A stretch of DNA of 64,000 nt, taken from NCBI GenBank assembly GCA_024679065.1, contig JAGIQG010000002.1, positions 118,854,001 through 118,918,000 of the forward strand. Direction: 5' to 3'. The position numbers were made by a program, and so were the translations under genes. Of this stretch, positions 60,311 through 64,000 are shown one piece after another. The notes beneath the pieces were generated by a model. That model was given only the letters and a program-made list of their open reading frames with translations, made no database searches and was not told the DNA's origin. How positions within the stretch are numbered: the first letter of the stretch is position 1; each line of letters starts with the position of its first letter. Source of the stretch: Sphyrna mokarran. Taxonomy: Eukaryota.

Positions 60311-61289
60311 TGGGTCTGGATTCACATATAAGTGTAGCAACATGATGCACTTGATGATGGACATATTGAGTGGCCAATGGAGAGGACATTGGAACAAGGA
60401 AAGCTGCAGGGAGGAATTCACATGTTAAACCTCTAGGAATTAAAATAAATGTTTATGGGATGTGGACACTGCTGGCTAGGTCACTATTTATTGCCCATCC
60501 CTAATGGGATGTGGGCGCCGCTGGCTAGGTCAGCATTTATTGCCCATCTCTAATTGTCCTTGAGAAGGTATCTCCAACCAGAGTTAGCAACCCAGCTTAA
60601 AGCAGGAGAGAGAGAGAGAGAGGTGGAAAGTTGAGGGAGAGGATCTCAAATCTTAGGATCTTAGCTGCTGAAGAAGAGTCTGCCACTGTCAGGCAAAGGA
60701 AATTGGAGATATCCAAGAGACAAAGTTTGGAGGAACATAGTTATAGAACTGAAGTATGTCACAGAGATAAGGAAGGGTGGGGATACTGAAGGATTTGAGT
60801 TACATCTGTTCTAATGTATAAACACTGGAATTGAACTGGAGGCTGTAAATTGTTGCTTGCCGCAGTTCTAGTTATTTCTGTTATATAACAGGCTGTTTTA
60901 GTTATTTGATAATATTCTGGCTAATTATACAGCTCAATTCTGATAACCCCAGCAGTGGACTTCACATTAGCCACCCACTGCACAAGTACATTCATGAGCT
61001 ACATATTAGGCCACTTAAACTGATATTAGCATATTACTTCCAGAGTTTTATACTATTAAACTTTGATCACTACATGTGCCTCTGGTGTGAATACAAGAAA
61101 GCTACTGCAGAAGATAAAAAGCTATTTAGGTTAAATACTGGAAATTAGTTGCCATGCAAAGGTAATTCTGAGTTTTAAGGTTACATCTAAGAAAATTGGC
61201 TAAAAAGTCCAGGGGTGAAGATGAGGATTCATTTTATTGTGGAGTTGTTATAATCTGGAATGAACAGCTTGAGTTGTGAAGGTAGATAC

Positions 61290-61612
61290 AATCCAAAGTA
61301 CCCTTACAGCACAGAAGGAAGCCATTTGGCTTATCAAGCCTTCACTAACAACAATCCCACCCAGACCCTATCCTCATAACTCCATGTATTTAACCTGCTA
61401 ATCCTTCTAACACTAAGGGGTAATTTAACATGGCCAATCAACCCAATATGCACATCTTTGAAGTGTGGGAGGAAACGAGAGCACCAGGAGGAAACCCACA
61501 CAGACATGGGGAGAATGTGCAAACTCCACACAGACAGTGACACAAGGCCGGAATCAAGCCTGGGTCCCTGGCACTGTGAAGTCGCAGTGCTCAGCACAGT
61601 GCCACCTTGTTG
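61290..61612 (-). mobile_element. HE1-type V-SINE
   Basis: Head, V-domain and tail. Confidence 0.88.
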
Positions 61613-62185
61613 TCCATAGATTGAACAGTAACTTTGAAAAGAGAAAGGTGTGGGAGGATGCAGTAGTTGGGATAAAGACTTGGGGGTGAGCATCACGTGC
61701 GTAAAGAGCACTTGATACTGATGTAACTAACTTACAATGTCACATGACTACAGAGAGTGGGAAACAGAAGTGACAACTTTGTGTACAGAGATGTACACAG
61801 ATTTGTAACTAAGCAAGAATGGTATTTATGAATAACAGTCCATGGCAGCAGGTAACAGGCAAACCTTAAAGAAATCCTATCTAGACCCCGAATCCAAAAT
61901 GAAACAAAGATGATATGTACTTGGAAAATAAAAAAAAAAATGAACAGCAATGGGAAAGTTGCAGCAAGGAGTTAGATCAATTTTCAACGAGAGAACACAA
62001 AGAAGATGAGTTATGTGATGCTTCAAGGAATTGCCAGATACCTTAGCAAGCACAGCCGAAGCACTGGTTATCCTTATCACACTTCACTTCAAGTTGATGG
62101 TTTTATGCGCCCTCAGAGATTTTCTGCATGACCTTTAATGCCTTTTAGTTTTCGACAGCCTTCAATTTCCCGATATTTTCCAAGG

Positions 62186-62364
62186 GCAGAACAATGGCAC
62201 ACTGGTTAGCACTACTCCCTCACAGTGCCAGGGATCTGGGTTCAATTGCCGGCTTAGGTCACTGCCTGTATGGAGCCCTGCACATTCACTCCGTGTCTGT
62301 GTGTATTTCCTCTGGGTGCTCTGGTTTCCCCTCACAGTCTGAAAGATGTCTGAATAGTTGCATT
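62186..62364 (+). mobile_element. V-SINE 5' part, interrupted by a CR1
   Basis: Head and V-domain. The continuation GCCATGCTAAATTCTC appears at the very end of the window. Confidence 0.8.
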
Positions 62365-63980
62365 GAACAAAGAACAAAGAAAAGTATAGCATAGGAATAG
62401 GCCCCTTGGCCTTCCATGTGCTGATCATGATATCTGCCCAAACTAAAACTGTTTGTACTTACAGAATCCATATCCTTCCATTCAATCCTATTCATGTATT
62501 TGTCCAGTTGTCCTTTAAATGCCGTTATTACACTTGCTTCTACCTCCAGACATTCACTGCCCTCTGTGTAAAAAGCGTGCCTCGCGCTTCTCCTCTAAAC
62601 TTTTCCCCACGCACCTTAAACCTATGTCCTCTAGTACTTGACTTTTCTATCCTAAGAAAGAGCATTTGACTATCCACTCTGCCCATGCCACGAATAATCT
62701 TGTAAGTCTCGATGAGATCACCCCTCAACCTCCATTGTTCCAGTGAGAACAAACTGAGTTTGTCCAACTCTCCTCATAGCTAATTCACTCCAGACCAGGC
62801 AACAAGCTGGTAAACCTCTTTTGTATCCTCTCCAAAGCATCCATATCCTTCTGGTAGAGCGGTGACCAGAATTGCACACAATTTTCTAAATGAAGCCCAA
62901 CTAAGGTTCTGTACAGCTGCAGCATGACCCACTAATTTTATACTCAGTGCCCCGACTGATAAAGGCAAGCATGTTGTATGTCTTCTTGGCCAGCTGCTTT
63001 GTCACTTTCAGTGATCGGTGGACATGTGAGCCCAAATCTTTCTGCCTGTTGGTACTGTAACAGTACTACTATTCACTGTATAATTCCTACATGCATTGAA
63101 CCTTTAAAATACATTATCTCACTCTTGTTTGGATTAAACTCCATCTGCCATTTCTCTGCGCAAGTCTCCAACTGGTCTACATTTCGCTGTATCCTCTAAC
63201 AATCCTTTTCACTATCCATAACTTCACCAATTTTAGTGTCGTCAGCAAACTTACTAATCAGATCAGTTGCATTTTCCTCCAAATCATTTTTATATACAAT
63301 AAACAACAAAGGTGCCAGAACAGATCCCTGTGGAACACCGCTGGTCACCGTCTTCCATTCAGAAAAACACCCATCTACTGCTACCCTCTGGTTTCTACAG
63401 CCAAGCCAGTTCTACATCCATCTTGCCAGCTCCCCTCTGATCCCGTGTGACTCCACCTTTTGTATCAGTCTACCAAGAGATACTTTGTCAAAGACTTTAC
63501 TGAAGTCCATGTATACAACATCCACTGTTGTCCCCTTATCTATCATCTTCACCACTTCCTTGAAAAAATTGATCAAGTTAGTGAAGCACGATCTCCTCTT
63601 CACAAAACCATGCTGTCTATCACTAATAGGTCCATTTGTTTCCAAATGTGAGTAATTCCTATCCCTAAGAATCTTTTACAGTAATTTCCCTATCACTAAC
63701 ATAAAATTCTCCGGCCTATAATTTCCTGGATTATCCCCGCTGCCTTTCTTAAACAATGGAACATATTGACAATCCTTCAGTCCTCGGGAACTTCACCTGT
63801 AGCCAACGAGGATACAAAGATTTTTGTCAAGGCCCCAGCAATTTCTGCTCTTGTTTCCCTCAGTATTCTGGTGTAAATCCCATCAGATCCTGGGGATTTA
63901 TCTACCTTCATGCTTTTTAAGATGCCCAATACTTCCTCCTTTTAGATATCAGCATGACCCAGAATATCTACACGCTTACC
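62365..63980 (-). mobile_element. Decayed CR1 LINE (RT and 3' end)
   Basis: QHGFVKRRSCFTNLINFF, YMDFSKVFDKV, GVPQGSVLAP, FADD, with frameshifts and a (TTCTTTG)n tail. Confidence 0.92.
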
Positions 63981-64000
63981 CATTGCCATGCTAAATTCTC

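Overview
This is vertebrate genomic DNA, almost certainly from a cartilaginous fish (shark). The basis is the abundant HE1-type V-SINEs, HER1/CR1 LINEs ending in (TTCTATG)n, and DeuSINE-like relics. I found no convincing host protein-coding exon, rRNA, bona fide tRNA or CRISPR array. The window looks like a large intron or gene desert made of layered mobile elements. These include CR1, L2, Rex1/Babar and a second CR1-like LINE; three tRNA-derived SINE types; Penelope-like elements with hammerhead-ribozyme motifs; PIF/Harbinger transposase and Myb/SANT relics; and decayed Ty3/Gypsy elements. The only long intact ORF (36404-37906, minus) is the RT half of a young, 5'-truncated CR1. Several repeat-free, homeodomain-motif-rich blocks could be conserved non-coding enhancers, but conservation cannot be tested here. 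The best leads are: (1) three distinct families of minimal hammerhead-ribozyme motifs in small, often palindromic, TSD-flanked insertions; (2) a CR1 3' end whose long 3'UTR contains a V-SINE core; (3) a CR1 insertion whose empty site can be rebuilt from a Gypsy RNase H frame and matches the LINE's own tail repeat; (4) a V-SINE variant whose tail resembles Rex1/Babar. I see no evidence for a new protein-coding system. All family names come from motif recognition by eye, and boundaries of old elements are approximate (tens of bp).
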